From Eledone cirrhosa (taxonomy: Eukaryota): a stretch of 64,000 bases of DNA. This document shows, piece by piece, positions 13,195 through 25,655 of this stretch (positions are counted from its first letter, which is position 1; each line of letters opens with the position of its first letter). The stretch lies in NCBI GenBank assembly GCA_964016885.1, contig OZ024740.1:74400001-74464000 (forward strand), in the 5' to 3' direction. Position numbers and translations under genes: made by a program. The notes under the pieces were generated by a model that saw nothing but the letters and a program-made list of their open reading frames with translations, was not told where the DNA came from and searched no databases.

Positions 13195-13900
13195 TCCATT
13201 ACTATGGAACAACAACCAAACCACTGAAACCTTCCTAATCACATTTGGCTTAAAACAGGGCTGTGTCTTGGCACCTTCACTTTTCTCCATGTATCTAGCA
13301 GCCATGATGTGGATAAAACTCAAATCCTGACCCAACACCCCTCAGGATTAAATGGATCTGAACCCAACATCAAATCTGAGAGATGGAGGTAGAGAGTGTG
13401 TCTCAATTTCCCTACATTGGAGCAGTCTTAGCCAAGGATGCAACATTGAGCAAAGACATCGAATGTAAGATCCAGGCAGTAAATACTGCATTTGGGTGAC
13501 TTAACAAGAGTGTCTTTCAGAACAAAGATTTGAAAAAGGAAACAGCTCACAGTGTATAAAGCTGTGGTACTTCCCACACTTTTGTATGGCTGTGAGACAT
13601 GGATGTTGTACAGGAAATATATAAAGAAACTGAAGGCCTTTCATGAGAGGATAAAATGAGCAACACTATGACACTTGACAGAGCTGTCAGTGAAAGCACC
13701 ATAATGGTACAAAACTTGCTATGGGCAGGACATGTCACACACTTGAATGAATGCAGGCTACCTAAGAAAGTTTTCTACAGTGAACTGACTGAAGGAAAAT
13801 GCCATCTTGGTGCACCAAATAGGCACTACAAAGACCAACTTAAGCAAACTCTCAAAAGCTGCAACTTGGACCTCAACAACTGGGAATCTAAAGTGCAGGA
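13195..13900 (+). mobile_element. Old RTE/BovB-like RT and C-terminal remnant
   Basis: GLKQGCVLAPSLF, LYGCETW, WAGHV..LPKKVFYSEL..G...RHYKDQLK. Confidence 0.85.
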
Positions 13901-15188
13901 AAACTGAACCCAGAACTATGTGGTTGGAAAGCAAACTCTTTAACCACATAGTCATGTCTGCACCTACACAGACATATCTGTGAAAAGTCAATGAGGAAAA
14001 GCAACACAGGAGAACAATACAGTACAATAATGATATATATATTAGTTTAATGCTTGATATAGTGGGAAAGGAGTCCTAATATTTTGGCCATTAATCACTC
14101 ATCAGAAGATAAAATGAGAGAAAAAAGAAAAAAATAGAAGGATACATGAACAACAACATAGGGTACACCGGGCTCTTTAGTCAGGTCAAAGACCTCTTTA
14201 GTGCTGGTGCCATAATAAAATGCACCCAGTACACACTGTAATGTGCATGGTGTAAGGAAGAGCATCCATTCATAGAAACCATGCCAAAACTGAAATGTAT
14301 GTAAGAAAGATGTAGTCCCCATTCTATCTAAGAGAACAGTATCTCCAATTAAATACTGACTTGGTCTGAGATGACCAATCTAACCCATGCTAGCATGGAA
14401 AAACATATGAATGATGATGATGGTAGGTGACATCTGCAATAAAATGCCAACATATCAGTATTCTTACTATTTCCTCTCCCTTAAACCTACAGGAGGAAGA
14501 GATAGTGTATTCCTTACAAAAGAACTTTCTAACTAGTTTATATTCAAAATCAAGATCCCCAATGATATTTTATCAAATAGCAGTACAAGCAGCATCATTA
14601 ACAAACTATCATCTTTATTGCAATAATTTGACAGTATTCAAATAAAATACTGGTGCTGGCGCCTCTAAAGAAAGAAGGCAGCTAAGAACTCAATGCATTT
14701 TTTTCATTATTTCATTATGGTTCTGACCTTTTCAAACTAGACTAAATGCATATCTAATACATTCTTTGCCATATTCATTTCATTTTAACCAAACTAGAGC
14801 TTTTTAATTAATGAAAAATTAATGCCATCCAGTGATATGACAACAGTGCTATTTTACAGTTCAGAGCAGTGAATGAAGACTTTGTAAATAGCAAAAGTTT
14901 TAAGAGAAGTTCATACTTTCTGAGGAGAATTCCATAGATCTAATCACAATTGCCATTCCATAGATATGACCATTCCATTCTTTGTATTCCAAGCAGCATC
15001 AAGAAAAGGATTCCTATTGCCAGCATGACATTTTACAGTGTATCCCACGTCATAAAAACATTATATAATATACATACATAATACATATATATATATATAC
15101 ACACACACACATACATACATATATATGTATATGTGTATGTATATGTGTGTGTGTGTATGAATATGTGTATATACAATACATATATATA

Positions 15189-15230
<42 letters not shown>

Positions 15231-15424
15231 TCAGGTTTGAGGTTCACCACTGTATAGAGCTGGTCTATTCCGTATGGTCAATCGTAATGCAATAATATAG
15301 AGAATACTCAACGTAAAGCAGTTCAACCGTCTTTGTTTTTGTAGTTGGTGGTGCTATTACGGAGTTAAATATTATAATGAAATGACAGGAGGCTGGATTT
15401 GTGTAAATCCTTGAAAGGTTTATT

Positions 15425-15482
15425 ATACTATGATCATTTCAATGACCGGGTTCCGTATGAATCCGGTGATATCATCAGGTAT
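15425..15482 (-). ncRNA. Type I hammerhead ribozyme (family A), intact core
   Basis: AUAC-CUGAUGA-U[AUCACCGG..CCGGUCAU]U-GAAA-UGAUCA-UA-GUAU; palindromic stem III AUGAUCAU. Confidence 0.8.
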
Positions 15483-15672
15483 TCGAAATATAATACGTGA
15501 ATGTAATAGATAAAATCCATGGGGCTGAAAATCGGGGACCCGAGGGCGACCGCTATTCTGTTCCTTCAACCTCAGCCGGTCGCCCTGGAGCGACCGGCTG
15601 AGGTTGAAGGAACGGAATAGCGGTCGCCCTCGGGTCCCCGATTTTCAGCCCCATGGATTTTATCTATTACAT

Positions 15673-16842
15673 TCATCATCATCATCATCATCAGGTTTAG
15701 CGTCCGTGTTCCACGCTTGCATGGGTTTGGACGGGGGTTTTCCCACTTGAGGCAAGAGTGGTTGTCTTGCTCGCATAGGACTGTCTGGCGGGTTTTCTAC
15801 AGTTGGATGCCCTTCCTAACACCAACCACATTTACAGTGTGGGGCTGGGAGGTTTTTACCGTGTTGCCTACACGGCCACATTACAACGTGGACTGTCTGG
15901 CGGGTTTTCTACAGCTGGATGCCCTTCCTAACACCAACCACATTTACAGTGTGGGGCTGGGAGGTTTTTACCGTGTTGCCTACACGGTCACATTTACAGC
16001 GTGGACTGTGTGTTTTTTTTGTCGTGACACCTACACGATCTCATTTGTTTCGGCCTGGATGTTGTGGGACCAACATAACTTTACATTGAAAGGGGCGGTG
16101 TGGATGGGGTGGAGGTGGTGGGACGGGGGTGTGTTTTGATAGAGATGCCTACTGACTGTAGTAGGTTTTTACTTTGTATTTAGGTAAGGCGGGTCTTCTC
16201 TATTACTGAGTACTGCCAAAGGTCTCGGTCCAGTGACATTGTCTAGGAGAGGTGTAAGTGTGTGAGGTCGGAATTTATCAGCTCGTCCCATGTTTTTCTG
16301 GGTCTGCCTACTCCGTGGCTACCGTCTATCTTTATTGCCCTGCACTTTGTTATACAGCTGTCGTCTTTCATGCGCATCACGTGACCGTACCAACGTAGCC
16401 TTCTCTCGAGTAAACAACATCTGATCCCTCTTATTTCTAATTTTTTCCTTAGTTCGTTTATGCTTTGCCGTTCACGTATATTACTATTGCACATCCAGCG
16501 GAGCATGCAAGCTTCGTTCCTCTCTAGTCTGCGTATATCCTCTGCACACAATGCCCAGGTCTCACTGCCATGCAGCATTGCTGTTCGTATGCAGGCATCG
16601 TATAACCTGCCTTTCATTTTTAGGGAGAACCCTCTAGCGGCTAATAGTGGTATAAGCTCTCTGAACTTTTTCCATCCAGTTCTGACTCTAGCTACTGTAC
16701 TTTCAGAGCACCCTCCCCCACTGCTGATTTTGTCACCCAGGTAACGGAAGCTGTCCACTATTTCTATAGAACCCTCTGCGCAGTTGAAGGAGCTAGTATT
16801 TGTGGGCACTTGCTGCTACTTATTGCACCAGAGCACCGGCCA
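15673..16842 (-). mobile_element. RTE LINE (family 2) 5'-truncated copy: ORF C-terminus, 3'UTR, (TGA)n tail
   Basis: ORF 16243-16809 (SFRYLG, LHGSETW, RLRWYGHV); near-identical to 40121-41280. Confidence 0.95.
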
Positions 16843-16855
16843 TATTATATTTCGA

Positions 16856-16913
16856 ATACCTGATGATATCACCGGATTCATACGGAACCCGGTCATTGAA
16901 ATGATCATAGTAT
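16856..16913 (+). ncRNA. Type I hammerhead ribozyme (family A), intact core
   Basis: ATAC CTGATGA TATCACCGG ATTCATACGGAAC CCGGTCATT GAAA TGATCA TA GTAT. Confidence 0.8.
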
Positions 16914-17076
16914 AATAAACCTTTCAAGGATTTACACAAATCCAGCCTCCTGTCATTTCATTATTATATATAGATATATATATATATATACGTAGGTCCG
17001 GGTTGAGTCGGGGATAACCACAGTAAGTAAGGTACTCAATACATTGCAAAGTAAAATTTTTTTATTTTATAGAAGG

Positions 17077-17127
17077 AGCTTCTACAGGACTAGTACTGTT
17101 TCATTCAGATGAAATCTTCAGGAAGCT
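17077..17127 (-). ncRNA. Type I hammerhead ribozyme (family B)
   Basis: AGCUUC-CUGAAGA-U-UUC AUCU GAA-U-GAAA-CAG UACUAGUC CUG-UA-GAAGCU: 6-bp stem I, GUA cleavage triplet, near-palindromic stem/loop III. Confidence 0.85.
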
Positions 17128-17844
17128 GGGTGTCATATTAAGTTCTGGTATTTATACATTTAGGTAGTGGTAAGGGAGGGGTGGTGGAAGGGGTGGGGGT
17201 TGGGGTGGGATGGTATTTAGATACACAGGACCACTTCATGGCACAGGCCGTTTTTTCTTTGGGGAGTGGTCAATTAGCCAGAGTGCTTTTTTGAAATAAA
17301 TAAATAAGTAAATAAATAAATAAATGAATAAATAGATAAAAGAATAAGTAGATAAAATAAATAAAAAAATAAATAACAATAAATAAATAAAAACCCCAAG
17401 AATAGTAATTCAACAGATATATAGTAGGGAAATTTAGGTGGGTTGGTAATAGAAATTAAGCATTTAACAAGACTGAATCATGGCACAGACTGGGGTGAGT
17501 GGTCAAGTTAACATACAAGCCACAGGTGGCCAGAGTGTTTTTGTAGGATGGAAAGAATAAAATATATTTACATACTCACAACCACATACAAAAACACTTA
17601 CACACACATATATATACACACACATATATTTAAACACTTACACACACATATATACCTATATATATATATATATATATACATATATATGTGTGTGTGTGTG
17701 TGTGTGTGCATTCACACACATATACATATATATACATATATACATATATACATATATATCACGATAAATTAACGGAGGCATAGGCCGTCGTTATTCCCTG
17801 TAAATAATGTGCTCAAAGGGGAAGAGATTCTGAGCCCTTTAAAA

Positions 17845-18017
17845 TATAATATGTTGAGAAGGTAACACACCAGAGAGAGATATATAGTGCGTTATCAATA
17901 ATACAGGGAAAAACCACCAGTAGGTTATAGATTCCATACACTGGTGGTTTTTTCCCTGTATTATTGATAACGCACTATATATCTCTCTCTGGTGTGTTAC
18001 CTTCTCAACATATTATA
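17845..18017. repeat. ~77-bp-arm inverted repeat (fold-back)
   Basis: TATAATATGTTGAGAAGG...AAAACCACCAGT / ACTGGTGGTTTT...CCTTCTCAACATATTATA with an ~18-nt spacer. Confidence 0.9.
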
Positions 18018-18271
18018 TACATATATATATATATATACACACACACACATATGTGTGCGTATAGACATACACACACACATACATATGCACACACACACAC
18101 ATACATACATACACATATATACATATATACACAAGAAAAACACAAACACACAAATATACACACACACAAATATACACACACACACACATACACATACACA
18201 CACATATATATCTACACATACACGCGTGCGCATACACATACATATATATATATATATACATATATATGTAT

Positions 18272-18313
<42 letters not shown>

Positions 18314-18504
18314 CTACATGTACGTATGTCTCTCTCGTGTAAACTATACTATACATACACATACATACATATGCACACACATACATACACATACATACAC
18401 ACACACACACACACACATTCACACATATATATACATATATACACATACACACACTCATACATATAAAATCTCATATACATATATATATATATATTTATAC
18501 CTAT

Positions 18505-18551
<47 letters not shown>

Positions 18552-18740
18552 TATATTTATTAAAATAACAGATTAAAGTTTAAGCAAAGAATACATACAT
18601 ATATACATACATATACATATATACATACACACACATACACATTTACAAGCAAACACGCATACATACACATACATACATACAAATAAGTACACATAAACGC
18701 ATATGCACAAACACGCACTCATTCGCACTCATACATGTGT
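18018..18740. repeat. Compound (CA)n/(TA)n/(CATA)n microsatellite
   Basis: Direct inspection; source of the spurious H/T/Y/I ORFs. Confidence 0.9.
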
Positions 18741-18749
18741 CTATAGTAT

Positions 18750-19100
18750 AAAGGTAGTGGGACAAATTTTAATTTTAAATTTTAAATTTTAAACTGGGCC
18801 TGATAGAGGATAAAATAATTAATGTCACTATTAAGTTATTAATATTATCATCAAGTAATTAATTACTATTTATTATTTATTACTTACTATATACCATTCA
18901 CTATTCGTTACCTATCCTTTATCCCTTATCTATTCATTACCTAATCATTCACTCATAAATTAATAAATAAATAAATGAATGAGTTAACCAACAAACAAAC
19001 AAACAAACAGATAAACAAATAAACCAGTAAATAAGTAAATAAATAAACAAATAAATAAATAAATAAATGGATAAATAAATAAATAAGTAAATAAAGTAAC

Positions 19101-19131
<31 letters not shown>

Positions 19132-20255
19132 ATATACAGTTAAATAGATAAATAAATCATGAACGTGTGCGTGCAGCAGTTCATAACTGCACGTATGCAA
19201 ACATGAGCAGGTATATACGTGAATTTGTGTGTGCGGCCACGGAACTTTACTCAGAGGCATACACCACAATATATAAGACCTGGAGGGGAGGAAAGAAGGT
19301 AATAAAGAGAGATAGAGGGGAGGAAAGAGGGTAATAATGAGAGATGGAGGGACGGAAATGGGATGGGGGTCAGTCGGGGGGCCGGGGGGTCTGTAGTTTT
19401 TGTAATTTGCATAGTTCTTGTGCATGCAATTAGGGGAGTGTTCCGAGATCTTGTTGAGGAGAGGGCCTTTGGTGAATAGAATCTCATAGCTCTCGGAGAT
19501 ACAGAGGTCACAGCAATTATGGCCTCCCGTGTATGATCGCGCTCTCTGGAGTAGTCTCCATTGGGTCTTGAAGGGGATGGAGTTCCTTTTTAGGTGCCAG
19601 ATGTGGGCGGCGAGTGTAGTTTGGTTAGATTTGTCTGGGCGCCGGAACGAATGTGTGTGGGCATACCAGCGAGTCTTAAAACTATTAGAAGTCATCCCGA
19701 TGTACGAGTTTCTTTTTTCATCGGGGCCTGAGAGTACATCGCATATATACACGAGATCTTTTTTTAGACAGTTGTTGAGAGGGCAGGTCGTCTTATCAGG
19801 GCAATTGCAGTTGCTATCGGTTGCTGGATGGGCTTCGGAAAAAGTAGACTTATTTAGCTTCTTGATGTTGTTGGCTAAGTTTCTAGCTAGATTAGGTGTG
19901 GTAGAGTAAGAGAGTCTAGTGGTATTCTTATTAAGGATAGTATAGTACCTATGTTGGGTGGGGAAGTGTTTTTGTAAGAGAGTGAAGAAAATTTTAGCTA
20001 CAGGTGTTGAAACTTCTCGGTTGAAGGGGGGGTTGTACCAGCTAATGTGCCTTCGCCTATTCTTCCTGGGTGGGCGTGGGGCTATAGTAAGGTAGGTGAT
20101 CTTATCTCTAAAGCCGCTGCGGGCCAAGGCCTCATTGTAATAGGGGGCTGCTGCTCTAAAGATATCTTCATTGGCGGCGAGGCTAGATATCCTAATGGAG
20201 ACACTTTTTAATAGGTTGTCTAATATATTTTTGGGGTGGTTAGAATTAACGTCTA
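18750..20255 (-). mobile_element. Penelope-like element (Nematis-like) 3' part: RT thumb, linker, GIY-YIG endonuclease, (TTTA)n-rich 3'UTR
   Basis: SNHPKNI...WYNPPF...LSYSTTPN...CNCPDKTTCPLNNCLKKDLVYIC...YIGMTSNSFKTRWYAH...CDLCISE within ORF 18949-20400 (coding part ~19390-20255). May extend to the hammerhead end at ~16991. Clade assignment is tentative. Confidence 0.9.
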
Positions 20256-20394
20256 TATATATATATAAATGTATATATAATATATATATATCGTCCCAGC
20301 CTTGCAAGCAGGGAAAAGCGGACATAAAAGGATGATGATGATGATATATGTACATATTATATATATATATATGTATAATATATATATATATCAT

Positions 20395-20748
20395 CATCAT
20401 TTCATTTCATTTCATTTTACGTCCGCTTTTTCCCTGCTTGCAAGGGTGGGACGGGAACTGATTCTGGCTTGATTTCTACAGCTGGATGCCCTTCCTAACA
20501 CCAACCTCATTTACAGTGAGTGCTGGGTGTTTTTTTGCCGTGGCACCTCCACGACCACTTTGCAGTGGAATGATATGGACCCCAGTTCCTATCATCTCAT
20601 TTCTACAGCTGAGTAAACTGGAGCAATGTGAAATAAAGTGTCTTGCTCAAGGAAACAACACATCACCCGGTCTGAGAATTGAACTCACAACCTTTCGATT
20701 GCAAGTTCGATTGCAAGGCCAATGCTCTAACCACTAAACCATGTGCCT

Positions 20749-20750
<2 letters not shown>
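20395..20750 (-). mobile_element. tRNA/CORE-like/Meta-like SINE with RTE tail
   Basis: Near-identical to 11495-11842, with a 12-bp internal duplication (TTCGATTGCAAG). Confidence 0.9.
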
Positions 20751-20792
<42 letters not shown>

Positions 20793-21028
20793 CCCACACT
20801 GTAAAGTGGACGTGTAGGCGCCACGAAAAAGCACCCAGCACTCACTGTAAATGAGGTTGGTGTTAGGAAGGGCATCCAGCTGTAGAAATCAAGCCAGATC
20901 AGTTCCTGTATGAGCAAGGCATGGTCAGCCGACCAGACACTGCCCACAACAGGACAACCCGTCTAACCCATGCTAGCGTGGAAGAACGGACGTAAAACGG
21001 TGATGATGATGATGATGATATATATATA

Positions 21029-21221
<193 letters not shown>

Positions 21222-21644
21222 CGGCGATGAATTAGTGTAGCGAGGTTTTTTATATGAAATCGTGTGTCGAAACAGATATTGTTATACTTGGGGAGGGTCA
21301 TATTGCCAGAATTAATAACAGGACACACTCACTGTTTGGTTGGTTTTCGCTTCTCGCTGTCTTTTATATCTGCGGTCTAACTTACTCGGTCCTCAATGTT
21401 GCCATTGGCTGACCGACGGTCAAAAATAATACAGATACAATATAGACACAAACACATATATATAGTTTACATAATTTACATAAATCTTTCGTTGCACATC
21501 TGCAACATCGTCAGTGGTGTTATATTCTTTGTTCCTCCTGTTGTGTTGTATGTCTACGCCATTTTTTATTCAGTCTGTCTATATATTTATTTATTTATTT
21601 GCTTGTTTGTTTATCTTATTTTATTTTGTCTTCTTTGTATAGTA

Positions 21645-22425
21645 TTATGTGGGCATTGTGTGCAGAGGATATACGCAGACTAGAGAGGAACGAAGCTTGC
21701 ATGCTCCGCTGGATGTGTAACAGTAATATACGTGAACGGCAAAGCATAAACGAACTAAGGAAAAAATTAGAGATAAGAGGGATCAGATGTTGTTTACTCG
21801 AGAGAAGGCTACGTTGGTATGGACACGTGATGCGCATGAAAGTCGATAGCTGTATAACAAAGTGCAGGGCAATAAAGATAGACGGTAGTCACGGAATAGG
21901 CAGACCTAGAAAAACCTGGGACGAGCTGATAAACTCCGACATCACACACTTACACCTCTCCAAGACAATGTCACTGGACCGAGACCTTTGGCGGTACTCA
22001 GTAACAGAGAAGACCCGCCTTACCTAAATATATAGTAAAACCTACTCCAGCCAGTAGGCATCTCTAACAAAATACACCCCGTCCCACCACCACCACCCCC
22101 ACCCGATCCACACCACCCCGTTCTATGTAAAGTTATGTTGGTGCCGCGCCATCGAGGCCGAAACAAATGAGATCGTGTAGGTGTCACGACAAAAAAACAC
22201 ACAGTCCACGCTGTAATGTGGCCGTGTAGGCAACACGGTAAAAACCTCCCAGACCCACACTGTAAATGTGGTTGGTGTTAGGAAGGGCATCCAACTGTAG
22301 AAAACCTGCCAGACAGTCCTATACGAGCAAGACAATCACTCTTGCCTCAAGTGGGACTACCCCCGTCCAAACCCATGCAAGCGTGGAACACGGACGTTAA
22401 ACGTTGATGATGATGATGATGATGA

Positions 22426-22427
<2 letters not shown>
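21645..22427 (+). mobile_element. RTE LINE (family 2) 3' fragment with single-unit 3'UTR
   Basis: WALCAEDIRRLERNE...EKTRLT, then 3'UTR and (GAT)n tail. Confidence 0.95.
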
Positions 22428-22477
<50 letters not shown>

Positions 22478-22491
22478 ATATATATATATAC

Positions 22492-22530
<39 letters not shown>

Positions 22531-22536
<6 letters not shown>

Positions 22537-25504
22537 ATATTAAATAAATGGAAACTATATTTATAAAACCATATTTATTTTATTATATATATTTCAAGGG
22601 TACCAAGACAACATTGGTACTCTTTCATCAGATAAAATACAAAGTTTGTTTTATAAATAGAGACATACGCATGAAAATCATACCTTATCGGTTGGAAAAT
22701 CACTGGATAGTGGAAATATATTAGGGATTATTCAAACTTATGTGTGAATATGCAAATGAATATGTAAATAATTGAAAAACAACCGTTTATTTAAACGACA
22801 CTGGAGAAAGAGAGAGAGAACATATACGGGAGAAAGATAAAAAATAGTACGAGAGAGAGAAGAAATAAACAAGAGAAGATGAATAAAACTCCTAGAACGT
22901 TAATTTGGGGGAAATATATTCTAAGTATATATCTTAATAGTACGTGAATTTACGATTATTAGTTGTTTAAAATTCGTTTATAATATATTTTCTGTTATAA
23001 GTAGATACATAAATAAATAGATGGGTATATCATGTTATAGATAATTATTTTAATGAGTTATGAGGGATATTGGTTTTGTATTTAATGTAAGTAAATATTA
23101 AGTTAAATTAAATTAAATTAACTGAGTTAATAAGAATATTTATATTTATATATTTTAAAATGGGGAGATACGGAAAAAGTCCAGTTTAATGTATTTAATC
23201 GTTAGTATGAGACTATTTAGTCAAAATAAGTATAAATGTTGAAAGATATATTTAGCCAGAATCAGTTAGTGGCTATAAATCTAATTAAAAATATAGAAAA
23301 AATATTAAAATCTTGAGAAAAAATTTTTTTAAATAATTTATAAGAGATAAGTAATTTTTTTTAAAAAGATAAGTAATTTTTAAAAGAAATAAAAATTAAA
23401 GAAATAAAAATAAAGAATTAAAAATTATTAAGATTAAAATTACAATTAAAATTTAAAAAAAAAATTAGAATTATATATGTATATATTTTATGAAACTTAA
23501 AGAAGTGGAATTATAGCAAATGTTATAGATATTATGATTTAGAGATATCAATATATTAAAACCAAGTGGATAAGATTGTTATGGAAATAAGTAGAAATAT
23601 TCTAAGTATAATTATAATTTATATATAGTTCTGAATGTTGAATTCAGGCGATGTCTACAAGAATTAAATAAATTCGTTCTTAGATTAATAAAGTTCTTAC
23701 ATTTAAGTATGAAAACAATTTCCTCAACACACAATTTACAGAATCTAGATGAAGCTGTGTTTCGGTACGCGGGTGCTTCCGAAACTACTTCCCAAGTTAA
23801 TGAATAGTCCATATTCTTGCATTTTAAGTTCCATATCAGGTTTGAAAGAGAAGTTGAAGATTTTTATCAAATCTTCGGAAAGAGCATTTGTGATTATTCC
23901 AGCGACTTTTAAATTATGTAGAAGTTGCACCTACATAGTTAAATATATTATCACTAGTTTTGACTGTACATTTATAGACTACGTCCTTATCTAAACACTT
24001 ATTTTGTAAAGGACGGTTTGATTTAATTCTACAGTTACATTTTACGGAGTTGTTGTTATTCAGAACGGTACTATTATGTTGGATATTGCTAGAGATATTA
24101 CTGCTATTTTGGTTACTTTGGTTAGGGTTTAAATTTCTATTATTAATTCTATTTTTATTTTGTGCTATGTTCATAGTAGTAGAGTAGGATAGTTTTATAG
24201 TATATCTGTTAAAGATTGAGTGGTATCTGTGGGATTTAGGAAAACATTTATCTAGTGCTTTAAAGAATAGCTTTGCTAAAGGTGTTTTTACGCTTAATGA
24301 GAATGGGGGTGAGTACCAAATAATATTTCTAGTTCTATTTCTTCTGTTAGTTTTAGAGTTTAAGTTAAATTTGTTATTATAATTATAATTAATAGTAGGG
24401 TTATTTGCCTTATTACTGTTGTCGACGTATTTAATCTTATTTATATAGCCTGCTCTATTTAAAGCTTCATTATGATATTCTGCCTTATCGTCAAAAATGT
24501 TTTTATTAGCGGAGATGCGTGAAATACGTTGTTGGATAGAATTGATAATAGTGTTCTTGATAGATCTAGGATGATTAGAGTTAAAACTTACATAGTTTAG
24601 ATTCTCATTAATTTTATGGAATGGATAGTAGAGCCCTGTGTTAAGGTTTAATGTTACGTCTAAAAAGTTAACAATGTTATAGTTATTCTCTATTTCTAAC
24701 TTAAGGTTGTAGCTATTGAAGAATTGTATTATGGATTTTCTTTTCCTATTAATTTCACAATTACTATGATTTTCAATTAAAAGAAGCATATCATCACGAT
24801 ATAAACCACCGGTCATCGCTGGTATTTTTCTATGCAGCGTATTATTAATAAATAACCCCACAAGATCCGTTATTTGCGCCGAGTCTGATGATCCCATGGT
24901 GATATCAAAATTATTTTTTCTATCGCCTCTAGTCCAGAGATGATTGTTGAATTCAATTAAAGTTTTCCGTGCAATTAAAATGATATGCATTTCTTCGCTA
25001 GATAAATCTGTATGTTTACATACATAGATAAGAGCTTTATTAAGTAAATTAGGAGTAATAGAGGAGTAGTATTTGCAATATCCAATTGAATGAATTTTTT
25101 GTTATGTTTAAATTTTATGTTATTGAACCAATCTATAACTTCGTTAGCACCGTTCCATAGTTTTAGGTAAGATATTTCTTTAAGTTGCGGTATGATTCTA
25201 TCTAATATATGTTTACTAATTATGCCTAAGTCTGATTTAGATGGTGCTATAAGTCTGACAGGTAGTTCTATTTCAAAGTTTCTTTTGTGGTCTTTCAGGT
25301 TAATTTTCGGTCTTCTATGTATAAAGGGTTCGGTCCTATTTTCGATGCCTAATTTATGAATTATTTCATTGAATTTTTTATGAATTATTGAATTATTTAT
25401 GAATTATTTCATTGAATAATTACTCCAGTAATCTGTTGAGTGCTCTAAATCAGTTATAAACATTTATATTTGTCGGACTTCCAACAAATTAAATACGTCT
25501 TCTA

Positions 25505-25505
<1 letters not shown>
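22531..25505 (-). mobile_element. Penelope-like element (Nematis-like), 5'-truncated, RT plus GIY-YIG with frameshifts, flanked by (TA)n
   Basis: LKDHKRNF..PVRLIAPSKSDLG..QLDI (25320-25070), FDITMGSSDSA, GLYRDD, VNFLDVTL, CNCRIK..CLDKDVVYKC..YVGAT, CKLCVEE..CRH; AT-rich 3'UTR ending in a hammerhead. Confidence 0.92.
22576..22639 (-). ncRNA. Type I hammerhead ribozyme (family C) in the PLE 3' end
   Basis: UAUUUUAU-CUGAUGA-AAGAGUACCAA..UUGGUACCCUU-GAAA-UAUAUA-UA-AUAAAAUA: 8-bp stem I, long stem II, palindromic stem III. Confidence 0.88.
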
Positions 25506-25557
<52 letters not shown>

Positions 25558-25597
25558 ACAGGAGGCTGGACTGGTGTAAATCCTTGAAAGGTTTATT

Positions 25598-25655
25598 ATA
25601 CTATGATCATTTCAATGACCGGGTTCCGTATGAATCCGGTGATATCATTAGGTAT
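25598..25655 (-). ncRNA. Hammerhead ribozyme (family A), G5A core mutation
   Basis: Same fold as 15425-15482 but the core reads CUAAUGA. Confidence 0.7.

Larger units (their letters stand above)
15230..16965. mobile_element. Palindromic Penelope-like pseudo-LTR fragment, interrupted by an RTE insertion
   Basis: 15373-15583 is the reverse complement of 15590-15674 plus 16843-16965; hammerhead in each arm; (TA)n on both sides; homologous to the 25552 and 27335 repeats. Confidence 0.8.

Noticed and set aside
14493-14650. Possible terminal exon after a pyrimidine tract (ORF 14427-14645)
   Set aside because: No recognisable protein similarity and no partner exons.
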